A stretch of 61,932 nucleotides of DNA from an uncultured Bacilli bacterium (GTDB taxonomy: Bacteria; Bacillota_I; Bacilli_A; RF39; UBA660). This document shows, piece after piece, positions 31,494 to 41,997 of this stretch (its first letter is position 1; each line of letters starts with the position of its first letter). The notes under the pieces are model-generated. The model did no database searches. It was not told the DNA's origin and was given only the letters and a program-made list of their open reading frames with translations. Location of the stretch: the NCBI GenBank assembly GCA_944358795.1, contig CALVRW010000015.1, positions 1-61,932 of the forward strand. The letters are read 5' to 3'. The translations under genes were made by a program, and so were the position numbers.

Positions 31494-32240
31494 CTAGCCT
31501 TTCACGAATTCTTTTTCTCTTTCTTTATTTCTTAAGATAACCGGGATATAAGCAACAAATGCCATACACATTCCCGTTATCTCTAATAAAATAATTGGAT
31601 AATTAAAATGTCTTAAAAAAGGATATAATTGAAATACATGTTCTGGTATTTGATTCGAAAAGATATAATTGGTATTAAAAATGTAATTAAAAATCGTTGC
31701 GAAAATAAATACTAGATTAGCAACAAAGAATACTTTGATAAAATCTTTTTTCGTAATCTTTAAATCATACATATAATAAACAAGAAAACTACCTAGTAAG
31801 AAAATATGGTGACTAATAATCCATTGATAAAAAATAAACGAATCAAAACTACTTACCATTTTAGGCCATATAATCGCTGGTAATGGACCAATAAACGTAA
31901 AGAAATAAATGACATTTAACCAATTCTTTTTCTTTAATAACAATGCGATCATAAAAGAAAAACTAGAGATATAACAAAAATGAATTGGTAAATGATTTTT
32001 CCAAGAATAAATTCCATAATAAGAAAAACCATTATAATAAATAAACATATTCAAATATAAAATGATAATCAGACCATAGGTTAAAATCGTCTTATTTCTA
32101 GGACTTATATTTTTAATTTCATCACGATAATAATAAATCAGATATAATCCTAAAATCACAATAAAGGTTAATGCATTATGTAACGGACCAAATAATGTAA
32201 ACTGCATCCCCGGTATTTGATCTACAAAAAATTCTCTCAT
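31494..32240 (-). CDS. polytopic integral membrane protein (YwaF/TMEM164-like, tentative)
   Basis: 248 aa with ~7 TM segments. The family name is from memory only. Confidence 0.6.
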   Translation of the reverse strand: MREFFVDQIPGMQFTLFGPLHNALTFIVILGLYLIYYYRDEIKNISPRNKTILTYGLIIILYLNMFIYYNGFSYYGIYSWKNHLPIHFCYISSFSFMIALLLKKKNWLNVIYFFTFIGPLPAIIWPKMVSSFDSFIFYQWIISHHIFLLGSFLVYYMYDLKITKKDFIKVFFVANLVFIFATIFNYIFNTNYIFSNQIPEHVFQLYPFLRHFNYPIILLEITGMCMAFVAYIPVILRNKEREKEFVKG

Positions 32241-32303
32241 ACAACCGACTCCAATACTACTACAAACTATTTCAAATAAATTATATCATAATTTTTCTCC
32301 ATT

Positions 32304-32330
32304 TAAAAAATACCATATCATTATGGTATT
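32304..32330 (-). terminator. terminator of the split LysM gene
   Basis: Minus strand reads AAUACCAUA-augA-UAUGGUAUU (9-bp stem) followed by UUUUU. The stop codon lies inside the hairpin. Confidence 0.6.
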
Positions 32331-32437
32331 CTCAATACTTGACCGATTCTTAAATTATCACTTGTTAATTGATTCAACCGTTTTATTTCATCTACTGTTG
32401 TACCAAATTTTCTTGCAATATTCCATAACGTATCACC
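32321..32437 (-). pseudogene. detached 3' segment of the PG-binding/LysM gene (last LysM repeat)
   Basis: Translates to (G)[37 protein letters not shown]. It is near-identical to LysM repeats 1-2 at 37030-37330 and in frame with 37007-37867 once 32438-37006 is removed. Confidence 0.8.
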
Positions 32438-32570
32438 TGATACATTTTTTATGTAGCATTTTGAATTTTCAGTTTCTTAATCGAATGCCTGATTGTTAAC
32501 ATATAAAAATAATTATTCTCTAAAAAAATATCCTATTAATTTTTACTAAAATTAATAGGATGAGAAATTT

Positions 32571-33119
32571 TTAATGATTTTTTTGTAATTTTAAAACTTT
32601 TACTAACCTATTTATGATTACAGGTCTTGCAAATTGTTCTTCTAGTGTTAATACACCATTTTTATATCTACTATATGCTGCATCGTAATTACCTTGTTCG
32701 ATTTGTTCAACACAATATTTTACAATGTTATTATAAATATAATGATAAATAATATCTGATTTTTCTTCTTTATTAATTATTTCAACAATTGTAGGTGCAA
32801 TTTCATAATAATGCGCTATATCTTCTTTTGAAACAAATGCATCTCTAAACCATCTTAATAACGTTAACTCATAACAATTATCATCGAAGTTTTCTTGAAA
32901 ATGACTCATACAAGCAGATGTTAAATAACATTTAATATCTGTGTGTTCTGTACTTCCATTTGTTGTATCAATAATATGAGCTGTTTTTGTATCACTATCA
33001 ACAGCTATATGAATTGATTTATGTTCTTCTTGTGGATTATTTGTATAAACATCAACTTTTGTATCATATCTTTTGCTATTAGGTGTTGTTGTTTTAATAA
33101 TTGGTTTATTATCTGACAT
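32571..33119 (-). CDS. hypothetical protein with conserved Cys-motif C-terminal domain
   Basis: I prefer the start MSDNKP (RBS AAAGGAG). It contains CYLTSACMSHFQENFDDNCYELTLLRWFRDAFV...YYEIAPTIVEIIN, a motif I recognise as widespread but cannot name. Confidence 0.55.
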   Translation of the reverse strand: MSDNKPIIKTTTPNSKRYDTKVDVYTNNPQEEHKSIHIAVDSDTKTAHIIDTTNGSTEHTDIKCYLTSACMSHFQENFDDNCYELTLLRWFRDAFVSKEDIAHYYEIAPTIVEIINKEEKSDIIYHYIYNNIVKYCVEQIEQGNYDAAYSRYKNGVLTLEEQFARPVIINRLVKVLKLQKNH

Positions 33120-33516
33120 CTTGATCATTCTCCTTTTCATTTTTATCATTTAATATTTCAATTAATATTTTTCCTATTTCGTATAATGCATATGATATAC
33201 CTTCACAATGAAATATTCCATCATAATCAGCTAGGCATAATTCTAATTCTGAAACATTACTTTCTAATTGTTTATATTCTTTTTGAATCTTATAAATGTT
33301 ATGATTATTAAAATAAGCTTGCCAATTTTTTGTTGTGGATAATAATTCTTTGAAATAACAAATGATTTGATTTCTTGACACTTCAAAATAAATTTCGTTT
33401 TTTAAAGTATTAATATTATTTAAATTTTTTTCAGTTTGTTCTATTATATATTTTATATTTTCATTGAAACAATTTATTTGTTCTTCACTAATATTATAAC
33501 TAATGATATACAACAC
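33109..33516 (-). CDS. hypothetical protein (135 aa)
   Basis: ORF translationally overlapping the next gene, with no motif. Confidence 0.45.
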   Translation of the reverse strand: MLYIISYNISEEQINCFNENIKYIIEQTEKNLNNINTLKNEIYFEVSRNQIICYFKELLSTTKNWQAYFNNHNIYKIQKEYKQLESNVSELELCLADYDGIFHCEGISYALYEIGKILIEILNDKNEKENDQDVR

Positions 33517-33667
33517 CTCCCATTTTTATTTCAAATACTCTTAAAGAAATCTTTACATTTAATTAATTTCAACTTGGACATATTCAAATTTTTCTTTCTT
33601 ATATACTATTATAAACTTTTATATAAACAAATCAATATTTAACATAAAAAATAGTTTCTAATATCTT

Positions 33668-35215
33668 TTATATCGTATTTTTAAATGTTAATATAATATC
33701 TATTTGTTTATTTTGATAAATATAAATTTTTTCAACTAGATGAATGATTAACTCTCTAGTTGGATCATTCATTGATAAAAATTCATTCATATAGTTTTCT
33801 ATTCCATTTTTATCTATTTTATTAGGTTCAATTAATTCAGTTTTTAATTCTTCAATCGTTAATTTGTTATTTTTGATTTCTTTTTTTATAATTTCACTTA
33901 TTCTTACATATTGCTCTTCATCAATCACACTATTTAACATATCCATATAAATTTTATCTAAATTTGTAATCAATTGATTATTTTTATGTTCTAAACATTC
34001 AATTTGATGCTTCAATTTTAACATATTATCTTCAAACTCTGTATTATGAATTTTATTTTTTACTATATTTATATCTAAATTTTTTTTACAAACATCTCTA
34101 ATATTATCTAGAATTACTTTTTCTAATCGTTCATAATTATTGATATGTGCTGTACAAACTTGATATTTTGAATAGGTCCTATAATAATTACAAGTCGTAT
34201 AACTTCTACCAGTTTTATTTTGATATCGAATCGAAATACGATGTTTACAATCACCGCAATATAAAAGTCCATCTAATAAATAAAATCTTTTTTTCTCTGG
34301 CCTTTTTACATTTTTTGGTAATAATGTTTGTACAAGCTCAAATGTATCTTTATCAATAATTGCTTCATGAGTATTTTCTACAATCATATAATCATTAGGA
34401 TTATTCTTAACAAACTTTTTCAGTTTATAATTAATCTTTTTCGTCTTCCCTTGTACAACATCTCCAGTGTATATTCGATTTGTAAGAATCGCTTTCACTG
34501 TTGTATCAACCCATACACCATGTTCTTGTGATAAACATTTTTTATTCCAAACATAATGATAATAGGATGCTGGTGTTTTTATTTTTTTTTCAGTAAGGTA
34601 TTGAGCAATATAATGATAGGTATTCCCTTTAAGTGCTAAATCAAAAATTAATTTAACTACTACTGCTTGTTCTTCATTTATTACTAAATGATTTTTATTA
34701 ATTGGATTCTTCCTATATCCAAATGGACATCTTCCCGATACATATAACCCATCTTTCATTCTTGAGTGAAGGCTGCTTTTGATTTTTTTCGAAATATCTT
34801 TAGCATACATATCATTCATGATGGCTTTAAAAGGAGCAATATCATTACTTGCATTATCGATAAAAGTATCGATTCCATCGTCAATCGCAATATATCTAAT
34901 CTGATTCTTTGGAAAATATTTTTCGATTAACTCTCCTGTACCAATATAATCTCTTCCAAGTCTAGACATATCTTTGGTAATCACCATATTAATTTTCCCT
35001 AATTCAATATCTTTCATCATTCTTTTGAATGATGGTCTATCAAAATTCGTTCCAGAAAATCCATCATCAACATATTCATCTACTACTATATAATTATTTT
35101 CTTTCACATACTGTTTTAGTAAACTTCTTTGACTAACAATACTATCAGACTCTATATTCCCATCATCTCTTGATAATCTTATATAAAGTCCTACTTTATA
35201 ATTACTATTTTCCAC
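33668..35215 (-). CDS. large serine recombinase
   Basis: Resolvase catalytic domain VGLYIRLSRDDG...SIVSQR, a recombinase domain, a zinc ribbon (CGDCKHRISIR...C..YRTY...C) and a long C-terminal coiled coil. 515 aa. Confidence 0.9.
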   Translation of the reverse strand: MENSNYKVGLYIRLSRDDGNIESDSIVSQRSLLKQYVKENNYIVVDEYVDDGFSGTNFDRPSFKRMMKDIELGKINMVITKDMSRLGRDYIGTGELIEKYFPKNQIRYIAIDDGIDTFIDNASNDIAPFKAIMNDMYAKDISKKIKSSLHSRMKDGLYVSGRCPFGYRKNPINKNHLVINEEQAVVVKLIFDLALKGNTYHYIAQYLTEKKIKTPASYYHYVWNKKCLSQEHGVWVDTTVKAILTNRIYTGDVVQGKTKKINYKLKKFVKNNPNDYMIVENTHEAIIDKDTFELVQTLLPKNVKRPEKKRFYLLDGLLYCGDCKHRISIRYQNKTGRSYTTCNYYRTYSKYQVCTAHINNYERLEKVILDNIRDVCKKNLDINIVKNKIHNTEFEDNMLKLKHQIECLEHKNNQLITNLDKIYMDMLNSVIDEEQYVRISEIIKKEIKNNKLTIEELKTELIEPNKIDKNGIENYMNEFLSMNDPTRELIIHLVEKIYIYQNKQIDIILTFKNTI

Positions 35216-35384
35216 TATCTTTACTCATTTCTTTGACATGGAAATCATGATGATGGTTAGATTTACGATTTTGATAAATCGTATGAAACTTTTTTTGAAG
35301 TTCACTTTTTAAAACATTGGCTATTATTTCGTTGATAGATTTTTCATTTTCATTAAATTGTAAATTCACTTTATATTGAACCAT
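35205..35384 (-). CDS. small protein upstream of, and overlapping, the recombinase gene
   Basis: MVQYKVNLQF... with GGAGG 11 nt upstream. Function unknown; a directionality-factor role is speculation. Confidence 0.35.
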   Translation of the reverse strand: MVQYKVNLQFNENEKSINEIIANVLKSELQKKFHTIYQNRKSNHHHDFHVKEMSKDSGK

Positions 35385-35567
35385 AGAATTTAATACCTCC
35401 ATTAAACTCTATGGCTTTAATTGTTGTTTTAGTAATACTCAAAAACTGAATCAAGTCTTAAACTATAGAAAATTCTGTCTGTCATCCTAAAAATATTCAT
35501 AATTTATAGCATAAAAAAATCATCCTATTTTCTAGTTTTCTCTAAATTTTATAGGATGACTAATTTT

Positions 35568-36845
35568 CTAATTTATTTTTTCATATAATTTTGAATATAA
35601 AACAAACGGTTCATGCCAATCTTTATAATATCTCATAATAGCATCTCTAGATGGTAGACCTAATTTAACTAAATCTTTAGCAGCTTTTGGTATAGAATTA
35701 CCATCTTTTATGTAAGCAAGAATAATATTATCAATTTCTTGTTTTGTAAATTTTGCTTTTTTCTTTTTCTTGATTACTATATTATATTTTTCACAAAATA
35801 AATCAAAAGTACCAAAATTTTTATAAATCGTACTTTCAGATATTGGAAAGATATCTAAAAAATCTTTTCTTGTATTAAATACCCTATCTCTCGTTTGAAA
35901 TAATTCTTCAATATATTTGTCAATATCAGAAGTAGTTATTAGTTCATTTTTTTTAGAAATTTGAGAACCAACAAGTTTTTGAAAATTCCCCATAGTTCCA
36001 AAATACTTATATATTACTCCTGCTGTTGGCAAGTTGTTTTCTAAACACAAATTTTTCTGTGTTATTTTTCCATGCTTTTCAACAAATTTCTTTCCAGCTT
36101 CCAATACTTTATCCTTTGTCCAATTATTTCTAATTTTCAAATTAAACATATCTTTCTTCATCTCATTTAATCCTGTATATTCTGGATAATGTCTAATAAT
36201 ACAAGGATATGAAGGCAATCCATTATATGATTTCAAATCTTTTTCTAAAATATCACCATTGATTTTGATATAATCTTCCAAAGCTTCTTTTATTGTTTCT
36301 CTGTTCCATGCAATTGGTTCTTTTAAATTAAATGATTGTTTTAAAGTTTGAAAATCTCCATAGTATTTATATACATATTTTATCGATGGAAGATTATTAT
36401 ACACTCTATTAAAATCAACTTTATTTATGGTTCCCTTTTTATTAATAAAGTTTGAAATAATTAAATCAAATTTATCTTTAGTCATTTCTTCAGATTCTAT
36501 TTTTGTGTTTTCAAAAGTATCAATTTCGTTCGGTTCATTAGAATCATCTTCATCTATGCTTCTACCTTCAAGAAATTTTTTTGCTTTCTCATCTAAAAGG
36601 AAATCAGTAAGTTCTTTATCATTTTTCTTTAAATTACATTCAGAACACAAAATTTGACAGTTAGATTTAATCGACTTGCCACCTTTAACATATGCCTCAA
36701 TATGATCAAAATGTCCTTCATTTATAGACTTCAATTCTTTTCCGCAAGCTTCACAACATATTCTGCCATTATTTTTTTCTAAATTTTCTCTAACTATTGA
36801 AAATTTTATAGAATCAGTAAAATCTCTCATAATTATACCTCGCAC
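35568..36845 (-). CDS. HNH endonuclease-domain protein with five ~55-aa helical repeats
   Basis: N-terminal CCEACGKEL...GHFDHIEAYVKGG...CQILCSECNLKKNDK. Repeated modules follow, each ending in a ...LPS/T..x.I.k.YG.F... pattern (homing-endonuclease-associated repeat type). Confidence 0.8.
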   Translation of the reverse strand: MRGIIMRDFTDSIKFSIVRENLEKNNGRICCEACGKELKSINEGHFDHIEAYVKGGKSIKSNCQILCSECNLKKNDKELTDFLLDEKAKKFLEGRSIDEDDSNEPNEIDTFENTKIESEEMTKDKFDLIISNFINKKGTINKVDFNRVYNNLPSIKYVYKYYGDFQTLKQSFNLKEPIAWNRETIKEALEDYIKINGDILEKDLKSYNGLPSYPCIIRHYPEYTGLNEMKKDMFNLKIRNNWTKDKVLEAGKKFVEKHGKITQKNLCLENNLPTAGVIYKYFGTMGNFQKLVGSQISKKNELITTSDIDKYIEELFQTRDRVFNTRKDFLDIFPISESTIYKNFGTFDLFCEKYNIVIKKKKKAKFTKQEIDNIILAYIKDGNSIPKAAKDLVKLGLPSRDAIMRYYKDWHEPFVLYSKLYEKIN

Positions 36846-36967
36846 ATCTTAAATATTAAATATATTATACATTATTTTAGGTATGTTTTCAATCATAGTA
36901 TTAATTACTATATTAAATTTAATGAAAGAGTTGATTACATATAAAAAAGTATACAATTGTTTATACT

Positions 36968-37867
36968 TTAATATAACTCATTATTCCCCATAAAAATTGT
37001 ATCACCTGCCACGACAGTATAAGTTTTCACACTTGGTACTTTTAGTATTTGACCAATTCTTAAGTTATCACTTGTTAGTTGATTCAATCGTTTTATTTCA
37101 TCTACCGTTGTACCAAATCTTTTTGCGATGTTCCATAACGTATCTCCTGCCACAACAGTATAAGTGGATACATCTTGTGGTGGTATTACCTCTCCTGTTG
37201 TTGGTATTTTTAATACTTGACCTACTAAAATCGTATCATTTGTTAAATTATTCAATCGTTTTATTTCATCTACTGTAGTACCGAATTTTTTCGCAATACT
37301 CCACAAACTATCACCTGGAACAACCGTATAAGAAATCGTATTTCCCTCTTCTGTTTCTCCATCACAAATTGCAAGTGGTGCATAAAGGGTATCAAGGGCA
37401 CTCCATGTATCTCTTCCAACAATACCATCGGCTGTTAGATGGTTAATTGTTTGAAATGATTTCACTGCTGTTTGGACACTGGTATCAAAATTTCCATTGA
37501 TTGGTCCATTATAATAAAGTAAATTCGTTAAAATTCGTTGTAACTCCATTACATATGGTCCACTGCTCCCAAGACGAAGTGTTGGTTTTGTTTGTATCTT
37601 ACTAGCTGGCAACATATTATTTGTAAGACGAAATAAAGCATCCCAAGTATCTCTTCCAACAACTCCGGTTGGATTTAATCCTTGATCTTGTTGAAACCTT
37701 TTTACTGAGTCAGTAGTACGATTCCCAAAACTCCCCGTGATACTAGCATCATAATAACCTAATAATTTCAATTTTTCTTGTAATATCATCACTTCATTTC
37801 CCGTACTTCCTTCTTCTAATGGTGGATAACGAAATGTTGATTGTTTTTCTTCTAAATCATTATTCAT
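36968..37867 (-). CDS. 5' portion of a PG-binding (x2) + LysM (x2, third truncated) protein; reading frame runs into the element
   Basis: Two PG_binding_1-like repeats (GSTGNEVMILQEKLKLLGYY..., GSSGPYVMELQRILTNLLYY...) and two LysM repeats ([27 protein letters not shown]...). The ORF ends AGDT-IFMGNNELY*, with the last 9 codons read from element DNA. Confidence 0.8.
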   Translation of the reverse strand: MNNDLEEKQSTFRYPPLEEGSTGNEVMILQEKLKLLGYYDASITGSFGNRTTDSVKRFQQDQGLNPTGVVGRDTWDALFRLTNNMLPASKIQTKPTLRLGSSGPYVMELQRILTNLLYYNGPINGNFDTSVQTAVKSFQTINHLTADGIVGRDTWSALDTLYAPLAICDGETEEGNTISYTVVPGDSLWSIAKKFGTTVDEIKRLNNLTNDTILVGQVLKIPTTGEVIPPQDVSTYTVVAGDTLWNIAKRFGTTVDEIKRLNQLTSDNLRIGQILKVPSVKTYTVVAGDTIFMGNNELY

Positions 37868-37973
37868 AAAAACACCTCCATTACTATCATTATATTAAAA
37901 TTATCAAGTATGGTTCTCTTAGATTGATAATTATTTCCTATAAAACATATAATAGATTGATAGTAGAAAGGAT

Positions 37974-39203
37974 TTGAAAAATATGGCAAAAGGTCGCTTA
38001 GTTGTAAGTGTTTTTGTTGATAATATTGCTGAACCAATTCAAGGTGCAACTGTTCATATTAGTGGAAAAGATACCGAACTGGATCTTGTAACAGACCAAT
38101 CCGGGAGAACAGAAATCATAGAATTAGACGCTCCAGATAAACGTTATTCTTTAGAACCACAAACAGAAGTTCAACCATTTAGTACTTATAATATTACCGT
38201 TACAAAAGAAGGTCTTGGTACAAGTTCAATTGTTGGGGTACAAATCTATGATGGGATTGAATCATTTCAAGAAGTATTCTTTCATACATCACAAGAAGGA
38301 TATGGTAGAAATGTAACTGTTGTTACTCCCCCAACATTATGGGAAAATGGAGATCCTAAAATAATTGAAAATCCTGATAATGTAAAGCCTGAAGGAAAAG
38401 TATTACCAAAAGTAATTATTCCAGGATATATTATTGTACATGATGGTGTTCCAAGTGATACATCTGCACCTAATTATTATGTGACATTCTCAGATTATAT
38501 TAAAAATGTAACTTCTTCTGAAATATATCCAAGTTGGCCAAAAGAGACATTAAAAGCTAATATTCATGCGATTGTATCTTTTACCTTGAATCGTGTTTAT
38601 ACGGAATGGTATTTATCAAAAGGATATAATTTTACTATTACTTCTTCTACTGCATATGATCAAAAATATACTCATAATAGAACTATTTTTGATACTATTT
38701 CTAATGCTGTTGATGAAGTATTTATGGAATATTTAACATTTCCTGATCGTGGTTATCCTTTTTTAGCGCAATATAGTGATGGAAAAAATGTCGTAAGAGA
38801 TGGATGGCTCAGTCAATGGGGTTCTAAATCATTAGGAGACAAAGGATACAACTCCTTACAAATTGTAAGATACTACTATGGAAATACGATTGAACTTAGA
38901 AATGCTGAATTAGTAGATAATCTTCCCACTTCTTTTCCTGGTTATAACTTAAAAGAAGGAGCCTGTGGTGAAGAAGTAAGACAACTACAAAATGCTCTCA
39001 ATAAAATACATGGTAGTTATCCGGCAATTCCAACAATTAAAAATGCTAATGGAATATTTGATTCTGATACTGTAGCTGCTGTAAAAAAATTTCAAAGTGT
39101 TTTTAATTTACCTGTAACAGGAGTTGTCAATTTTGCAACTTGGTATCGTATTTCAGCAATCTATGTAGCAGTATCCAATATGTTAAAAGGCATTTATGGA
39201 TAA
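37974..39203 (+). CDS. SleC-like spore cortex-lytic enzyme / peptidoglycan-binding protein
   Basis: IVHDGVPSDTSAPNYYVTFSDYIKNVTSSEIYPSWPKETLKANIHAIVSFTLNRVYTEWY...GWLSQWGS plus a C-terminal PG_binding_1. It matches my memory of clostridial SleC. Confidence 0.6.
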   Translation: MKNMAKGRLVVSVFVDNIAEPIQGATVHISGKDTELDLVTDQSGRTEIIELDAPDKRYSLEPQTEVQPFSTYNITVTKEGLGTSSIVGVQIYDGIESFQEVFFHTSQEGYGRNVTVVTPPTLWENGDPKIIENPDNVKPEGKVLPKVIIPGYIIVHDGVPSDTSAPNYYVTFSDYIKNVTSSEIYPSWPKETLKANIHAIVSFTLNRVYTEWYLSKGYNFTITSSTAYDQKYTHNRTIFDTISNAVDEVFMEYLTFPDRGYPFLAQYSDGKNVVRDGWLSQWGSKSLGDKGYNSLQIVRYYYGNTIELRNAELVDNLPTSFPGYNLKEGACGEEVRQLQNALNKIHGSYPAIPTIKNANGIFDSDTVAAVKKFQSVFNLPVTGVVNFATWYRISAIYVAVSNMLKGIYG

Positions 39204-39230
39204 AAAAAAGAATGAAATTATTTCATTCTT

Positions 39231-41633
39231 TTACTTTACAACGATATTTACTAATTTCTTTGGTATTGTAATTACTTTTACAATTTCTTTTCCATCCGTA
39301 AATGTTTTTACATTTTCAATTTGGAACGCTAGAGCTTCCATTTCTTCTTTCGTTGCACCTGTATGTACTTCTATTTTTCCACGTACTTTACCATTTACTT
39401 GTACAACTAATTGGAATGTATCGTTTTCTAATTTACTTGGATCATAACTTGGCCAAGGAGTATCAGAAATTGCTACTTGATATCCACATAATTCATTTAA
39501 TTCTTCTGTAATATGTGGTGCAATTGGATTTAATAATTGTAAGAATGTATGATAATCTTTTTTCGTAATTGTCTCTTTCGCTTCAAATTCATTTAACAAT
39601 ATCATTAAAGCAGATACCGCTGTATTATATTTCATATTATCTAAGTCTTCATCTACTTTTTTAATTGTTTGATTCATCATAATTTCTAAACTAGGTGTAT
39701 AAGTGTCTTCATCTGTAAGATGATCTTTCATACGGTAAACACGGTCTAAGAAACGTTTACATCCTTTTAATCCATTTTCACTCCATGCAGCATCTGATGC
39801 ATAATCTCCAATAAACATTTCATAGGTACGAAGAGCATCAGCACCATATTCACGAACCATATCATCTGGATTTACAACATTTCCTTTACTCTTACTCATC
39901 TTTTCACCATTAGCACCTAGAATCATACCATGAGCAACACGTTTTTTAAATGGTTCTTTAAATGGAACGAATCCTTGATCGTATAAGAAACGATGCCAGA
40001 ATCTTGCATATAATAAATGTCTTGTCGCATGTTCCATACCACCATTATAATAATCTACCATACCCCAATATTTCATCGCATCTTGACTGGCAAATTCCTT
40101 GTCATTATGTGCATCCATATAACGTAAGTAATACCAACTAGATCCTGCCCAATTTGGCATTGTATCTGTTTCTCTTCTTGCTTTTTTACCACAGTTTGAA
40201 CAAGTTGTATGAACCCAATCTTCTATTTTCGCAAGAGGACTTTCTCCGTTATCCGTTGGTTCATAACTTGCTACATTTGGTAACGTTACTGGTAAATCTT
40301 CTTCTTTTACTGGTACCCATCCACAATCTTCACAGTATACCATTGGAATTGGTTCTCCCCAGAAACGTTGACGAGAGAATACCCAATCTTGCAAACGGTA
40401 ATTTACTTTTTTATGACCAATTTTGTGTTCTTCTAAATAGTGAAGCATCTTTTCAATTGCTTCTTTTTTATTGGTAATTCCATTTAATATACCAGAATTA
40501 ACCATTTCACCATCCCCAATATATGGTTCCTTTTCAATATCTCCACCTTTGATTACTTCAATAATTGGAATATTAAATTTTTTTGCAAAGGCATAATCAC
40601 GATCATCATGTGCTGGAACAGCCATAATTGCTCCAGTACCATAACTCATAAGAACATAGTCACTCGTCCAAATTTCAACTTCTTCACCAGTAACTGGATT
40701 AATTCCTGTTAATCCATTAATTTTAACACCCGTTTTTTCTTTTGTCATATCAGTACGTTCAATTTCTGACTTTTTATGTGCTTCATTACGATAAGCAATC
40801 ACTTCATCATAGTTTTGAATACAATCTTTATATTTTTCAATATAAGGGTGTTCTGGTGAAATTACCATAAATGTCACACCATATAATGTATCACATCTTG
40901 TTGTAAAGACTGTTAATGCATCTTCTACTTCTTTTAATTTGAAGTTTACTTCAGCACCAACACTTTTTCCAATCCAATTAATTTGAGCTGTTTTAATACG
41001 GTCTAGAAATTCAGTTTCCTCTAATCCTTCTAGTAATTGTTCTGCATACTCACTCATTTTAAGCATCCATTGTTCTTTTTCTCTTTTTTCAATTGGTCCT
41101 CCACAACGTTCACATACGCCACCTTCTGCTTCTTCATTTGCTAAACCAATCTTACAATTTGGACACCAATTAATTTCTGTTTTTGCTTTATAAGCCATCC
41201 CATGTTTTACAAATTGTAAAAATTGCCATTGTGTCCATTTATAATAATCTGGATCTGTTGTTGAAAATTCTCTACTCCAATCAAAGGAAATTCCTAAATC
41301 TTGAATTTGTTTTTTAAATACTTTTATATTTTCTTTTACTGCTTCACTTGGATGAATGTGATTTTTAATTGCATATTGTTCTGCTGGAAGTCCAAAGGCA
41401 TCCCATCCAATTGGATAAAGTACATTATATCCCATCATTCTTTTTTTACGTGCCATTGCATCAAGGGCAGTATAACTTCTTACATGTCCTACATGAAGTC
41501 CTGCTCCACTTGGATAAGGGAATTCTACTAAGTAATAAAATTTTTCTTTCTCACTTGTATTTGATGCTTCAAATGTTTTATGTTCTTCCCAATATTGTTG
41601 CCATTTTTTTTCTATCTTATTAAATTGATACAT
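39231..41633 (-). CDS. leuS: leucine--tRNA ligase
   Basis: HVGHVRSY (HIGH), KMSKSKGN (KMSKS), a CP1 editing domain. 800 aa. Confidence 0.95.
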   Translation of the reverse strand: MYQFNKIEKKWQQYWEEHKTFEASNTSEKEKFYYLVEFPYPSGAGLHVGHVRSYTALDAMARKKRMMGYNVLYPIGWDAFGLPAEQYAIKNHIHPSEAVKENIKVFKKQIQDLGISFDWSREFSTTDPDYYKWTQWQFLQFVKHGMAYKAKTEINWCPNCKIGLANEEAEGGVCERCGGPIEKREKEQWMLKMSEYAEQLLEGLEETEFLDRIKTAQINWIGKSVGAEVNFKLKEVEDALTVFTTRCDTLYGVTFMVISPEHPYIEKYKDCIQNYDEVIAYRNEAHKKSEIERTDMTKEKTGVKINGLTGINPVTGEEVEIWTSDYVLMSYGTGAIMAVPAHDDRDYAFAKKFNIPIIEVIKGGDIEKEPYIGDGEMVNSGILNGITNKKEAIEKMLHYLEEHKIGHKKVNYRLQDWVFSRQRFWGEPIPMVYCEDCGWVPVKEEDLPVTLPNVASYEPTDNGESPLAKIEDWVHTTCSNCGKKARRETDTMPNWAGSSWYYLRYMDAHNDKEFASQDAMKYWGMVDYYNGGMEHATRHLLYARFWHRFLYDQGFVPFKEPFKKRVAHGMILGANGEKMSKSKGNVVNPDDMVREYGADALRTYEMFIGDYASDAAWSENGLKGCKRFLDRVYRMKDHLTDEDTYTPSLEIMMNQTIKKVDEDLDNMKYNTAVSALMILLNEFEAKETITKKDYHTFLQLLNPIAPHITEELNELCGYQVAISDTPWPSYDPSKLENDTFQLVVQVNGKVRGKIEVHTGATKEEMEALAFQIENVKTFTDGKEIVKVITIPKKLVNIVVK

Positions 41634-41634
41634 A

Positions 41635-41982
41635 CTATCTCCTACTTTCTTTTTTTTGTAAATATTTTCCTAACACATGATAACTAAGTAAAATACTTGG
41701 AAATAAGATTACAAATCCTAATAGTAACATCCAAATAATATTTGATACTAAACTTGCAAGTGTTACCGTAATACTAATGATAAAACTATTTACCATAATG
41801 ACTTTTTTTACTAACCATTTTAAATCAAATTGATTTAGTTTTAAATGATATACTTTTTTTAAATAATTGATTTCTGTACTTTTCTTCATCTTTTGTAATT
41901 TATCTTCTTTTCTCACTACAAACATCGTATAAATGAAATACACAATGATGTAAGAAAAAATCCATAAAATCAGTTGTTTCAT
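41635..41982 (-). CDS. small membrane protein co-transcribed with leuS
   Basis: I prefer the start MKQLILWIF (RBS GGAGGGaat). The track's GTG extension lies inside the T-box. Three hydrophobic spans. Confidence 0.55.
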   Translation of the reverse strand: MKQLILWIFSYIIVYFIYTMFVVRKEDKLQKMKKSTEINYLKKVYHLKLNQFDLKWLVKKVIMVNSFIISITVTLASLVSNIIWMLLLGFVILFPSILLSYHVLGKYLQKKESRR

Positions 41983-41997
41983 ATTCCCTCCAACATA

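Larger units (their letters stand above)
32438..37006. mobile_element. 4.57-kb integrated element with a large serine recombinase, inserted inside a LysM-repeat codon block
   Basis: A 10-bp identity GTATCACCTG sits at both junctions (32430-32439 and 36999-37008). Joining the element ends gives the palindrome ATAAAAATTGTATCA-CC-TGATACATTTTTTAT (14/15 arm matches). Confidence 0.75.
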
